From positions 6,510,001-6,574,000 of the forward strand of contig NC_043015.1 of the NCBI RefSeq assembly GCF_006345805.1: a stretch of DNA of 64,000 nt, given 5' to 3'. Source of the stretch: Octopus sinensis (lineage: Eukaryota). The notes under the pieces are model-generated. The model did no database searches. It was not told the DNA's origin and saw only the letters and a program-made list of their open reading frames with translations. The translations under genes were made by a program, and so were the position numbers. Positions 1 through 14,594 of the stretch are shown here, piece by piece. The first letter of the stretch is position 1. Every line of letters begins with the position of its first letter.

Positions 1-253
1 CATTATATAGCTGGTCGATATAACAAGTCTAAGAGCGTCGTTGTCGCTCAGGCTGCTAGAAATAGAAGCAGATAAAAGTTATTTTTACACATGCTATACC
101 ATAACCTTTCCTCAGTCACTTGCCGTATCTTGAACGTGTAGTCATTGACACACTACAGTTCTTATATCCAGCAGGTGACTCGGTAGAAACCCAACAAATA
201 TACTATATCATATTTTGTTTATCTTTTTGAATTCAGTATCTTTACCACCAAAA

Positions 254-452
254 GGCGGTAAGTTTGACAGAATCGTTAGCACGCCGGGCCAAATGCGTAG
301 CCGTATTTCATCTGCCATTACGTTCCGAGTTCAAATTACGCCGAGGTCAACTTTGCCTTTCCTCCTTTCGGGGTCGATAAATTAAGTACCAGTTACGTAA
401 CTGAGGTCGATGTAATCGATTAACAAACCCTTTGTCTGTCCTTGTTTATTCC
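254..452 (+). mobile_element. SINE family A
   Basis: Recurrent consensus GGCGAGCTGGCAGAA.CGTTAGCACGCCGG...GAGTTCAAATT (B-box-like)...GCCTTTCATCCTTTCGGGGTCGATAAATTAAGTACCAGT. Confidence 0.85.
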
Positions 453-636
453 ACCGAAGAATAAAATGAGGGCCAGTTGAGCACTGAGATCAACTCAATC
501 GACTTCTTTCTTGCCCTCAAATTTCTGGCTTTGCGCCGAAATTTGAAACCAATATCTCATGGACATGCTTCTAAAATAAAATAGAAAATAAAATAAGCAC
601 GTCATCTACGACTTTTCGACGGAAATACTTATATTT

Positions 637-847
637 TTCCTACTCTAGGCACAAGGCCCGAAATTTTGGAGGAGGATGCAAGTCGATTAGATCGACCCGA
701 GTACGCAGCTTGCACTTAATTTATCGACCCCGGAAGGATGAAAAGCAAAGTCGACTTCGGCGGAATTTGAACTCAGAACGTAAAGGCAGACGAAATACCA
801 CTAAGCATTTCGCCCAGCGTGCTAACGATTCTGCCAGCTCGCCGCCC
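637..847 (-). mobile_element. SINE family A (variant tail)
   Basis: Reverse complement of the family A head and core, with a GGGCCTTGTGCCTAGAGTAG tail. Confidence 0.85.
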
Positions 848-1385
848 TTTTTGGACGGAAATACATCTTACGCCCAGAATTGACGAAGCACGGAACAAAC
901 TATAGGCATTGATTATTATCTGCTAAAACGCTTTATCTATTAAAAAAACTCCAGGCCTTTCTTTTCTTTTTCTTTTTCTTTCTATTTCATTTATTCTTTT
1001 TAATTCACTAATATTTTTCCGTCAGTGTACACACTTTCATATTGTTGTCTCTTTAACATGTCATTTCGTTTTATATTCTCTCTACTGTGACACTGCGCAT
1101 GCCCTTTTGGCTGTCATTGCTATCTTTCTTTACTTGACTTGTTGCTGATTTCTGTTCTCACTTTTATCTTTTTGCAACGCATTGTAGCGCACCTGAGTAC
1201 AGTTTGCAATAAGCTCATTATCACCAGGTAACATACGTAAGACATAGTGTTGCCATGTTGTCGTTGATAGATAAATATAAGTGAGAATTAGGGATGACAC
1301 GAACCTGTTAATTTGCCCTTAACCGTCTCTACGACAGAAACAGCGACGACAAAGGCAGCATCTAAATGTTACTAACTCCAGAGAA

Positions 1386-2070
1386 GGCGACGAGCTGGCG
1401 GAAACGTTAGCACGCCGAGCGAAATTCTTAGCAGTATTTCGTTTGTTTTTACCTTCTGAGTTTAAATTCCGCCTTTCATCCTTTCAGGGTTGATAAATTA
1501 AGTACCAGTTGCGTACTGGAGTCCATCAAATCGACTGTCTCCCTCCCCCAAAATTTCGGGCCCTTGTGCTTAAAGTAGAAAAGATTACTACCTCCAGAGA
1601 ACATATTAAACTAAAGTGATTATTTTCATATAAGTTTAAAACGGTGAGCTGGAAGAACCTTTAGAACGTCGGACGAAGTATTTCGAGGCATTTCATACGT
1701 CTTTACGTTCTGAGCTTAAGTTCCGACTAGGTCGATTTTGATTTTCATCATTTTGGGGTCGATGAAATAAGTACCACTTGAACACTGAGATCAATATAAT
1801 CAACTTAATTCTATCCCTAAAACTGGTGGCATTGTGCCTATGGAAGAAAGGTAATGTTTATTTAAAACTAAGTTTAAGGCGATGAGCTGGTAAAAATCGT
1901 TTGCAAATCCAACAAAACGCTTCGCGGCATTTTGTTCGTCTCTACGTTCTGTGTTCAAAATTTCGCTGAGATTGAATTTGCTTTTCGTTCTTCTCTTGTG
2001 CACTGAGAGCAACGTAATCGATTGACTTTCTCTGTACAGACTTCAAGGTCTTTTGCCTATAGCAGAAAGG
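1386..2070 (+). mobile_element. Three tandem SINE-A copies of increasing decay (1386-1583, ~1640-1850, ~1876-2070)
   Basis: Repeated GAGCTGG...GTTAG...TTCTGAGTT..AATT..TTTCATC...AAGTACCA motifs. Confidence 0.75.
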
Positions 2071-3592
2071 ATTATTTTGAAACAAGTTTACAAATAAGAA
2101 CAGAGAAAAAAAAATTAATGATAATATTTACTGACAGTTGAATTCAATTTGCCACCGTCTCGCCGGACAATATATTTCAATCCAGTCAAATACTGCAGTC
2201 AACTTAATTGACTACTCCCTCACTCAAATTTCTGTCAGAAGTGCTAGATTTTACCTGTCATAATGATTTATTACATGAGAAAACATATTTTATATTTCAT
2301 TGAATTAGTCCAACGAATGAGTATCCCATGATTACTTTCTGCTCCTCCTACGAATGTAGGGGGAATGAGAGTTTTCGCCAGAGCAGAGGCATTTATAATC
2401 GAAGAGAAGTCGTCTTTAACTGGTACGATTATATGACTGGTACATTTTCACCTAATATAATCGACCACAGAAGAGAAACGAACATGAAGAATAGATCGCA
2501 GAAGAGAAATGAAGAATCGACAAAGAGTTTATCTAAAATCAAAATTTATGAGATTAAAAGAAAACTTTTGTAAATCAGGAGCGTTTTCTGTCACCATTGT
2601 TCCTTGCAGGATTGTGTACACAACATAGTGCTTACAGGGTTATTGGGACATCGATGTAAATATATTTTTCTCTCCCATTCGAATAAGTATCAGATTCCAT
2701 CGGAGAGGAGAAGGGACGGAGGCGGAGAGGCTAAGAGAGAGACGTATAAAGGGAAAGAGAGTTACAAGAAATCACCCATTTTATTTCACTGGCACTTGTT
2801 TTGCTTTTGGAAATAAGGATCGCCATTCTGGGAATCGATCCCAGAGAGCAGAGAGCAGAAATACATACTACAAGGCTTCTTATCTGATGTCCTAATAAAA
2901 TTCCAACGTTAATAAGAATGTATGAAACCAGAAACGATGATGTCTAATTTAGTCACAAGGTCATCAGTTTCTGTTGAGAGACGGTTGTGTCGAGAACATG
3001 TATCACGACATTTGATTGGAACTTTAATTCATCAAACCCGAAATGTTTGAAAAGTAAAGACAACCTTGGTGGGATTCAAGATCAAAAGATAAAATTGCGA
3101 CAAAGGAATGCAAAGTATTTCGTCTGGCACTCTAATGATTCTGACATCTTGTCATTTTGTTGCTCGTGAAGATGATGGATGCCAAATAGCCTCAATTGGA
3201 GTTTGGGTTAGCAAAGTAAAGACAGAGGCATTTGAGTCTGATTTTGTACAAATTCTGTTAACACAGTGACTTACAAAGGAATTGAGTTACCTCATCTGGT
3301 AGTATGATTTGCTGGAAATAATAGCAAAGTTTCCAGGAAATCAACTCAACTGCTTAAAATTGGAGGAGACATTCGATACGATGGTCGTAAATATATTTAT
3401 TTTCCTTGTTTCAGTCATTAGACTGCGCCCCCTACCTACAGGACCACCTTAAAGGGCTTAGTCGAAGAAATTACCAGCAGTGGTACATTTTCAGTGTGGT
3501 ATTTATTCTTATAGTCTTTTACCAATTCGCTAAGTTACTGGAACCTAAAACACCAACACATGTTTTCAAACGGTCAAGAGGGACAAATACAT

Positions 3593-3652
<60 letters not shown>

Positions 3653-3657
<5 letters not shown>

Positions 3658-3870
3658 ATCCAAACATGAAAACACAAAGAGGAAACACAAAGAGGAAACA
3701 CAACAACGCGAGGACGTGGAAGAAGTATAGTGTTATTGGACACTTAGGAAAGGAAAGAAAGAAGGAGAATTTAACTTTTCGACCGGAGCTCTTCGTCAGA
3801 AACATAGGAAAACAAGATTCAAGGAAGGGAAGACGGAGGAAAAAATCGCCAATGATACACACGCGGTCAA
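3653..3870 (-). mobile_element. Related pLTR-like unit with a partly decayed hammerhead (3770-3803)
   Basis: Minus strand: GTTT-CTGACGA-A-GAGCTCCGGTC-GAAA-AGTT-AAAT. Similar layout to the 26422 unit; lies between (TA)n and (CA)n(TA)n tracts. Confidence 0.55.
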
Positions 3871-3871
3871 A

Positions 3872-3946
<75 letters not shown>

Positions 3947-4887
3947 ATAGAAGACGGGTTTCCACACGATATATGTGTACCAAACTCACTCTCAAAGCAT
4001 TAGTGGACATTAGCCTAAGTTGTCGCCCAATAATTCTGATCACGAAACCACATGACTGCAATGTGAACGTCTTAACTACACATTTTACGGCATATTTGAG
4101 AGAAAAAACGAAAACAAGAAATAGTCTGGTATGGATCGTGTTTTATCCGGTATTAGTTATTTCCGATGTGTATTGTGAGGTAGGGTTTATAGTTCAGACA
4201 AGAGAGACGTGGCGGTGTTAATGGAGGCAATGCATATGCTCGCAGTCTGGCGATTTAAATACGGCCATTATCATAACCTGAGCAGCAATAGATCGGTGTC
4301 TGCAGCAAAAACGTGGGCGGTTTGAGAAGCTGAGTCTGTTCCGAATGCCTGCAACTGACTGCAATATGCTGAAGGCACCCAAGAACCACGGTGTAGAAAA
4401 GAACCACACAAACGAAAATATCAACCGCAAGAAAAGCAAAAACAATAGCAACGATGATAGCAACAACAACGGCGGCTTCAAATGTAACATATTTCTAAAC
4501 GTTGATTGTTATACGACCCAATCTTTAAAATACTATTTGCAAATGTGGTTAGGAGTGATTTTATGCCGTTGCTGGTTAATAGCTCAATGGTGTAATGCTC
4601 CTGGGTCTCAGTAAACATATAACATATGGACCTCCTTCTTATAACTCTATTGCACGGTTGCCTTTACTCCTGTCTTTCGGCTTCCAGTACTGTATTATGC
4701 TGTATTATGCAGGCATGCCAGACACTCATGTTACAATACTGATGGAGGAAAGAACATGTACTCCTCACTATCGCTACGAAATTTGTGTAATTGAGAATCA
4801 TAAAGCAACCCTTGATGGATTATGCATCCATTATTCTCTTTCTATCTCTCTTTTTCTTTCTCTGTCTCACCCCCTCTTTCTCTCCGT

Positions 4888-4923
<36 letters not shown>

Positions 4924-6557
4924 ACTCAAGAGTCATACAAGAAGGAAATATATATACATATATATTTATGTAAAAACGTTTATGTGCATCCATGTATCTT
5001 TATGTGTGTGAATATGTATGTATGCGTGCATGTGTGTATATATGTGTGTATATGGAGAGAGGGCTTGACAGAGGGAAGTCTGAGTAACAGAAAAAGTAGG
5101 AGGACGAAGAGCGGTCGAAGAGGAGGAGCTACAGAACGTGTGACAGTGTGAGGGAGGAAGAGAGGAGTGTGAAAAGGAGTGAGTTGCAGATCAGATGTGT
5201 GTTATGATTGGAACGTTCCATTAATTTGATATATTACTTAGCCGAGTCTATCTGATAGTCAATAGATTCTTCAGGTTAAAAAAAATTAATAAAGATCTAT
5301 GGTAGCACTATTCATTTGACATCTTGTTACCTTTTATTATGTTGTAATTTATTTTATATTTTTTCCTGGTGAATCGGAAACGATTGTGACCATGACCTAC
5401 GTAGTCTTCCTCATGCCGTGCTCAATACGAGTCGTGTTTACATGGCACTCTTCAAGCGCAACAGTCCGATCAATTATATACAATACAAAGAATAAGTTAG
5501 GAGTTTCATTAAAATCGGGGAGTATCAAATCACTACACTGATTTGATATAAACATCATTAGTACATTTTTCTTCGCTTTTTTTTCTTTTTGCGGTTCGCA
5601 TTTACTGTCAGCTATAAAGGAAGACATGTTGGATAATGTACGTCCTGGTATACGAGGAAAGGATTGTGTACTCTCTGATTTAATTATTTGAACAATAGGG
5701 TGTATTACTCTGGCAGGGATCACGTGGGATAATTTCAACAACGAGAGCTGTAAGATGAACGGCCAAGATATATAGATATATGCTCAGTATATGCGTTTAT
5801 ATATGTACGTATATATGTGTTTATGTATGTGTATGTATATATGTGTGAGCTTCTGTGCGTATGTCTGTGTGTATGTATATATTTACACATGCACACACAT
5901 ACATACATGTGTAGATATATGCCTATACGTAGAGAAAGTGGGAGAGAGAGAATGTGAATTATGTATATACGCACATTCATATATTCATTGATACATACTC
6001 GTAATGAACACACAAATAACCATCAAAGAAACGCATACATGGAGTAATGGACGTTTACGCATTCACGTGTTCGTATATGACGTAATACAAAGTGTGTGGC
6101 TTTCTACCGCGGCTCTTGAAGAGTTTCACGGAACAGTTGAGTTTTGCAAGCACAAATGCCTTCAGAGGGAGATGGTAAGGAATTCAAACAGGAGAAATGA
6201 TTTCGTTAATACGATGTTTTCCATAATCTTCAGAACTGGTGAAATTTTGAAACCATTGGAACGACATGGGAATATGAATAGAGTTGTGAGCAGCTAGATG
6301 AGAAAGAAGGGGATATACTTGCTTCTAATAATAAACAAAATATGTCTGACCTCCTGTGTAAAATCTCTGCCTCTATTGGTGCGTGTGCGCAAGTGTATAT
6401 AATGATGTGTACGCACAGATTTAAGAATGTACCATGGTGTGTGTATGCAAATTTAGATATTACATAGAAATTTATATTAATGTGTTTGCATATATATGTG
6501 TGTGTGTGTGTGTGTGTGTCTGTGTGCCTGCCGACATACATATATATGTACATACAT

Positions 6558-6604
<47 letters not shown>

Positions 6605-7776
6605 TGTATGTATGTATGTATGTATGTATGTATGCATGTATGTATGTATGTATGTATGTATAGGTGTTCGTATGTCTTTGTATATACGTATATGCTTGCT
6701 TGTGTGTGTATATGTGCTTTATCGTTCGTTGTTTTTGTATATGTGTGTGCATGTATATGTATGTGAGCTCTAGACCTGCCTGCAAGTATATATACAATTC
6801 TATACTGAAATTCTATGTATTAATACACTGCATTATTAGATTATCTAGGTGTGGTACGTCATACATAAAAATAAATTGTGTATATGTAATTATATATATG
6901 TATCATATATATGAATATATGCAGTTTATGTGTAAGCGTGTGTGAGATTGTCTTTACATAGGCACATGTGTATGATTAGTAAACGGTTTTGCTACAATCC
7001 ACTTAGAATGTGGTTGATTTTGTGTTGAGAAATACTTATAATTCATTGAGAATCAGATTTGCTATATACATAGACTGTAAAGGATTAAAAATTAGGTAAG
7101 CTGGAAGTAGAAATAGACAGAATAAAAGTAGTGTTACTGAAATCAATGTAATCGATTATAGCCGTTGATAACGGTGCTCAAGTATGGCCGCAGTCGAATG
7201 AATGAAATCTGTAAAAAAAAAAGAACTTCCACGCAGTCGCTCATTCACACAAACTAACAACCATATCATGCTCAAATTACATCCTTCAATCTCAAAAACG
7301 GAAGGTCATATTTGATAATATTAATGTTATTAACTTAAACAACCTGTTAAGATTGAGAGGTAAATCTCGCTTCATACTGCCTGTCTTAGAAAATGACCAG
7401 CCTAGGTTTAAATTAAAACAGCCCGGATTGAATTTAATTCAGAGTATCATGGTGGACAATTGGCCATCGAAATTTGCCGCAATTCATCCATATATGAATT
7501 TAACATAGAAAACTATACACTTTGTATATAAAAATATATAAATACGTAAATGCTATATCTAAATGTCCAAAGAATAAACGATTAACAATATGCAACTTCA
7601 TTAAATAAATAGGGCGATTATCAGATTAATGAGATAATCAATAAGATTAAACGTACTAATGTTAATCTCCCTCAGTCAACGAAACAAATTCAAAATGAGG
7701 TTTCGATTTCCCGCCGTAACGAAATCTATTAACTTCCGTTGTTAATAATCTGGTGGAGTTACTGGATAAGGAGAGC

Positions 7777-7813
<37 letters not shown>

Positions 7814-8337
7814 GCAAACAAACAGAGAGAGAGAGAGAGAGAGAGATGAAGTTATTCATACACACATACATATTTATGTTATATGCACGTATATGTTGTT
7901 ATGTATATGTATTCCTCTCTCTCTCTCTCCCCTTGTCTCTTTATGTGTGTATATGTGTGCGTGTGTCTGTGTGGGTGTGGGTGTGAGTGTGCGCGTGTGT
8001 TGTGTATGTGTGTTCTCAGGCGATCTTTTGAGATCAACACTACTTTGCATTCTTTTTCACTGAAAGTCTCAACTAGAATACTTGAAGCCAGAAAAGTTAT
8101 CGATTTGTATTCAAAACTTATAGATTCGGTTTCTAACGCTTAGCTTGGAAATACTGTCAAGGAGAAGCGAAATTGTTTCAATAGAGGGAGATGTAGAAGT
8201 TACACATTTTACATTCTGCAAAAAATCAAAGTCACACATGTACATCAGTGCTAGCTTTGTTATTCATAGCAGAATATGTGTATGTATGTATGTGTGTTTG
8301 TATCTTTGAATACACACACATATATATATATATATAT

Positions 8338-8409
<72 letters not shown>

Positions 8410-8536
8410 TCAGGCCCATCAGCAATGTCAAACAATTTGTTTGTGCTTTATTTAGTTTTTATTTTAGATGTATCTACAGCTTATGACGTAATCTTAGATA
8501 AGGTAAATATAGACCTCCTTCCACCTACAGTAACAC

Positions 8537-8538
<2 letters not shown>

Positions 8539-8580
<42 letters not shown>

Positions 8581-8840
8581 TGAAGGAAGAGAAAAGAAGG
8601 AAGAGAAAAGAAAAAGAAGAATAAGTAGGAGCAGGAGAAGAAAGAAGAAAAAGAAAAAAGAAGAAGAAGAAGAAGAAGAAGAAGAAGAAGGAGAAGACGA
8701 AGGAGAAGAAGGAGAAGAGGAAGAAGGAGAAAAAAAGAAAAAGAAGAAGAAGAAGAAGAAGAAGGAGGAGGAGGAGGAGAAGGAGGAGGAGGAGGAGGAG
8801 AAGAAAGAAGAAGGAGAAAGAAGAAGAAACAAAAAAAGTC
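8539..8840. repeat. (TAA)n followed by a ~260-bp polypurine (GAA/GGA)n tract
   Basis: Read directly from the sequence. Confidence 0.95.
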
Positions 8841-9220
8841 ATGTCAAAAACACTTGTTGGATTTGATCTGAAGAATAAAAAATAACAAAAGCAAAGAAAA
8901 TGAAGGAAGAATCAGGAATTATGAGGAACTCTGCAGCACTGACTGTTAGTTTCAAATGAAACATCATGTGAAGTTTACTACTATTTCTGTCAATCATTAA
9001 ACGTATTTCATAAATCTTAGCTTTCTGTATGTGCATCTACACAACTATATTTGCGCGTGTATGTGTATGTGTATGTGTGTATAGATATATGTTAGAGTAT
9101 TTCTCTATATCACTCTTTCTCTTCCCGCCTGTCTATCTATCGATCTATCTATCTATCTTTCTTTCTGTCTCTCTGTCTCCGTATGTCTGGCTGTCTATCT
9201 GCTTGATTCTCTCTCTCTCA

Positions 9221-9254
<34 letters not shown>

Positions 9255-9336
9255 CTCTCCCTCTCTGTCTCTTTCTCTCTCGCACGCTACACACACACAC
9301 ACACGTACACACATACACACATATATACATATATGC

Positions 9337-9392
<56 letters not shown>

Positions 9393-9454
9393 GATAGATA
9401 GATAGATAGACAGACAGGCAGACAGACATAGATAGATAGATATTGGGGAGGAGA

Positions 9455-9488
<34 letters not shown>

Positions 9489-9804
9489 TATATATATTAT
9501 ATATATATATATATATATATTTATAGATAGATAGATATTTTTCTTTATTAGCCACACAGGGCTGCCCACAGACAGACAATTACAAGGTAGAGCTTTTCTT
9601 TTGGGGGTAAAAAGGGGGTTTGGTTTTCGATCAAAAGGGATCGTAAAAGGAAAGAAAGAGGACAAAAAAAGGGGGGGATAAAATTTAAAAAACAAAACAA
9701 AAACAAAGATAGATAGATAGATAGGCATAATGATAGATAGATCTATGACTATATAGATAAGTATGTGTCTCCATATTTGAATGCATTTCTTGTTGTTCAT
9801 CTTA

Positions 9805-10025
9805 TTGCTGTTATTTAGCCCTAGGTCAAGCCTGATTGAGCATGCTTACGATACGATCAACAGCGTTCCACCCTGAATATGAAATTGTTCTACTTATTTG
9901 GTAATAACTAGAAATGTCTTATCAAATGCAACTTTCGTTCTTTTCGTCAAGAAAAAGGTCGGTGTGTGATTTAAGGTGAAGTTGGCTATTTCTGGCGGGT
10001 CGAGTCACCACGTAGAGGAACCCTT
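9805..10025 (+). repeat. Old dispersed repeat (relatives near 40-140, 10815-10900, 42650-42720 and 60480-60530)
   Basis: Shared motif GGCT(GCT)ATTTCT(A/G)GC..GTCGAG..ACCACGTAG or its reverse complement GCTAGAAATAG. Confidence 0.5.
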
Positions 10026-10370
10026 GTTTTCTCATTCTAATAATGTATCTTCACAAGTTCAGGGATTGAGAAATGTGATACAAAAATAGATATCAGTCAT
10101 CGAAGTCTTGAGTTCGATCCTCACCTAATTTGATTTTTTTATCGTTGACACATCAGTGATTGGTAAAATATTTGTATCACTAATAGGTATAGTCTCTCTC
10201 TTTCTCTCTCTTTCTCTTCCCTCTCTTTCTCTCTCCACTTTCTCACTCATCTTTCTCTCCTCACTCATTATCTCCTATCTCCCTCTACCTCACACACACA
10301 TACATACATACATACATACACACATACACAAACACATACACACATCATCCTGTCTGTCTGTCACTGTCTC

Positions 10371-10405
<35 letters not shown>

Positions 10406-10564
10406 TACTAGCAATCTTTTCTGCATTTCTTACTTCCTATTTCCATCTCTCTCATTTCCCATACCCCATCTCCCTCTCTCGCCCTCTCTCTGTAAATTTC
10501 TATCCCTCTCTACCTACCTCTTTCCCACCACCAGCTCTCTCCCTTTGTCTGTCTCTGCATCTTT

Positions 10565-10604
<40 letters not shown>

Positions 10605-11706
10605 CTCTCTCTGTCTTCTCTCTCTTTATCTATTTTCGATCGACCTCTCTCTTGTTTCTTTCTACCTCTTTTTCTTATCTACCTCTCTCACACCCCAACA
10701 CTACTTCTCTCTTCCAATGATGTCTCTCTCTCTCAATCTCTCCTTTCTCTCCATTTCTCTTTCCTCATTAATGTATACACACATACAAATACATGAACTT
10801 ACGTACTTATTGGTTTTAGGAGCCGACAGGAAAAAGGCACTCGGTCGCACGACTAGCTAGAAATAGTAAGCAAACTGTCCCTAAAAAGCACCATACTCTC
10901 TTTAAAACAAAAAACAACGGCCACAATATAGTTCAGGGCTACTCTGTTATGCTATTTCTATAAAAACTAGACGTAAAGGTCATGGGCGGATTTCCTTTTG
11001 TAATCGGTCTGTTCAGTGAAGGCTGCACTTAATCTAATGAACAACATATTCCTTTCAATGGTAAGGTAATGTGGGGCCACAAATGTATGAGCGACCAATA
11101 AATATTTTACTCATATGGAGATTGAACACACATTTTTGCTTTATACATTATTTCATCGATGTTGAACAAAGATTGCGAGATCGAATTCGACCAGGAAATG
11201 AAACTCGGGATGCAGAAGGGACGATACAAAAAAATATTGAAGCAGCAACGGTTTCTGAGAAAAGGACTGTTTCGATTCATTCTGATACCAAATATGCTTG
11301 ATATAAAAAAGTTGTTCTAAAAAGGAGTATACCATGTATAAGGGCTCAGTTTAACTGAAATAAGCAGCCCCAAAATACCACATGTATCTAATTTGACTAA
11401 TGAGTAATAGAGGACTAATGAGTAATTCTTTGGCCGGTATCTGTTAAGGAGCATGTATGCATGCTTGTATATGTTTGTATGTGTATTGTTAATGTATAGA
11501 TATATATGTGTACGCATGTGTGTATACATAACTACACACATATATATATGTATGTATGTGTATTTTCTATATATATATGCATGTATGTATATATAAGTAT
11601 GTATGTATGTATATAGGTATAACGGTCCATAGATATACATGATTTCAAAAACCCACACTTATACATATATACATGCATACATGCATGCTTACATACTTAC
11701 ATACAA

Positions 11707-11738
<32 letters not shown>

Positions 11739-12123
11739 TCATACACACACATACATACATACATACATACATACATACATACATACATACATACACACAC
11801 ATACACACACACACATACATACATACATACACACATACATATAGAGATATTGGCTTCTTGGAGAAGCACAAGTTCTGCTAACATATTCGATATTAATATT
11901 AATACCAGTAATTACAGTGGATTTAACATTTTACGCGTTAAGGCCTGAAACCAGCCTCTCGGTTCTGCCCTGTCCCCGCTCTGAACCTCTATTGACGTTC
12001 TGCTTATATATTGTAGATATCGACAGCACTTCCACTATCCTGGCCTTGTCGTGGCCTGCGATTGCAGCTTGCAGAAATCAGTCACTCACACACTTAGAAA
12101 AGCGCGCAGAGATATCGATAATA

Positions 12124-12184
<61 letters not shown>

Positions 12185-12233
12185 TGTATGTATGTATGTA
12201 TGTATGCGTGTGTGTATATATATAAATATAAGA

Positions 12234-12311
<78 letters not shown>

Positions 12312-12531
12312 TATTGGGATTTTTTTCAAACAATTTTGTTGAACAAAAACAATAACAACATGTAACAAAAACATTTTTAAATGATTATTCCGAGGCATAT
12401 TCACCATCTACTCAATTACTGCTTCCCTTTTGCTTGGCAGACAGGCAGACCGTCAATTAAAGATGTTTTGTTACATATTGTTATTGTTTTTGTTGAAAAA
12501 AAAGCCGCATTAATAAATGCACCAATCCAAT

Positions 12532-12611
<80 letters not shown>

Positions 12612-12900
12612 TGTGTGTGGTGTGTGCATGTATGTATATATGTATATATGCGAGACTAACAGTCAGGAAACTAAAAGAAAATGCTGGGAGGAGAAATTAT
12701 TCAATAATAAAAACCATATTCTTCGCCTAGATTTTGTGTGTATACATTTATGTGTTCGCGCGTAATATGTGAGTTTGTATTGTGTGCCTGTATATATAGA
12801 CATAGATATACGTACGCGCATGTGTGTTTGTTTGAGTGTCTGGGTGCATGTGTCTATGCACACGCGTGCCTGCATGTGTGTGAGTGTGTGTGTGTGTGCG

Positions 12901-12936
<36 letters not shown>

Positions 12937-13026
12937 TGTATGAATGAGGCCGCTTTCTTTGAAACACTTGCAGACAGCCACAAGAAAGAAATCAAATTGA
13001 TGTATGAAGCAACACACACATACACA

Positions 13027-13059
<33 letters not shown>

Positions 13060-13854
13060 GCATACACAAACACACAAACACACACACAAACACACAAGCA
13101 ATATCATTGCAATTAGATATACAGAAATTCTACTCTTTACATTTCTATATGTTAGCGCAAGCGTTTTTGCATGGAGGGGTACACACTTACGTAAACACAC
13201 GCACACACACACATACGCATTCACATTCATACACACACACATACTTATTCATACTCATTATGTACACGCGCATCGTTGCACTCACATACACATTTAGAAT
13301 CACAAATCCACACATGTAGGAAGCTTAGTAGCATCGTACAATTAGATTCATTGCACAGATTTGAACAGTCGTGGTAAAGAGGGAGCTTCTTGGGAGTTAG
13401 GGACCTGCTAGAAATAACAGTCAAAACAACCCTCATTTACACCATATGACTCGTATTTCATTTGAAAAATATATGAGTGAGGGACAGAAACATACACACA
13501 TACACACATACATACACACACGCGTAGACACATGCACGCCGTGCTTGTTGGTAGTGGGTGAACAATTAAAAATAGCAGTCAAAACACACTCATATCACGC
13601 ACCGATTCGTATTTCATATGAAAAAAATATATACGAGTGAAAGACGCGAGCACACGCACGCAAGTAGAAATACGCTCACTTAAACATCTAAAAAAAACAA
13701 AAAAAACAGGTATCTAAATAAATGAGATGAGAGAGTCACAGATTTTTGATCATAGATTTCTTTCATCAGATCAAGCCTAGGGTTATACAGCATCAGCGGC
13801 AACAGCTAATAACTACAATAAGATTTTTACAATCATACTAGTAAAACAATGTTC

Positions 13855-13975
13855 GTTTCTACTCTAGGCACAAGGACCGAAATGTTGGGGGGAGGGGGTG
13901 CCAGTCGATTAGATCGATCCCCAGTACGCAGCTGGTACATAATTTATCGACCCCGAAAGGATGAAAGGCAAAATG
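13855..13975 (-). mobile_element. SINE-A partial
   Basis: TACTCTAGGCACAAGG...CCCAGTACGCAGCTGGTAC...GACCCCGAAAGGATGAAAGGCAAA. Confidence 0.8.
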
Positions 13976-14183
13976 TGATTGGCACACACAGCTATATTCT
14001 CGTGTACACAACACTACACATACAGACAAACGTTCATATATACATACTTGCATATATGTGTGTGTTGTGATACATAAATGTATATATAGTTGTAGGTACG
14101 TATATGTGTATATCACATACGTGCACAATGAGTTTTATCATCGTAAATGCTTACAAACCTCCACATTTAAACAACTACTTAGG

Positions 14184-14220
14184 TTTACATTATTTACATT
14201 ATTTACATTTGACGGATATT
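14184..14220 (-). repeat. Tail fragment of the 29.4-29.8 kb family
   Basis: TTTACATTATTTACATTATTTACATTTGACGGATATTT is nearly identical to the 29.4-29.8 kb tail. Confidence 0.6.
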
Positions 14221-14561
14221 TTTAATAATTAGATGCTCCACACACACAGACGTAGACACACAGACACACACACAAACAGATACGAGCACAAAAATACTTC
14301 CTCGCATATAAACACAATCACGCATACTCAGCTACAAAACAACATTCGCATATACACATACATGTACCTAAGAATCCACGTATAAGTATACATTGCCAAA
14401 TATTACACATAATACATACATACACAAACGTTTAAACTACCTCAGAACACAGTCAGTAATTATGAACACACATATACACAAATATATATATGTATGTATG
14501 TATGTGGGTGCCTATAGCTGTGTGACTTGTGTGGGTGTAAGCTTGCTTCTGTGAGGATGTG

Positions 14562-14594
<33 letters not shown>

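Noticed and set aside
2581-3400. Complex sequence with TATAAA and an LTR-like look
   Set aside because: No second LTR, primer-binding site, TSD or recognisable gag/pol motif found.
5397-5741. 114-aa ORF with FPRIPGRTLSN, faintly like the RT motif 'IPGR'
   Set aside because: A single short motif, with no other RT motifs and no splice signals.
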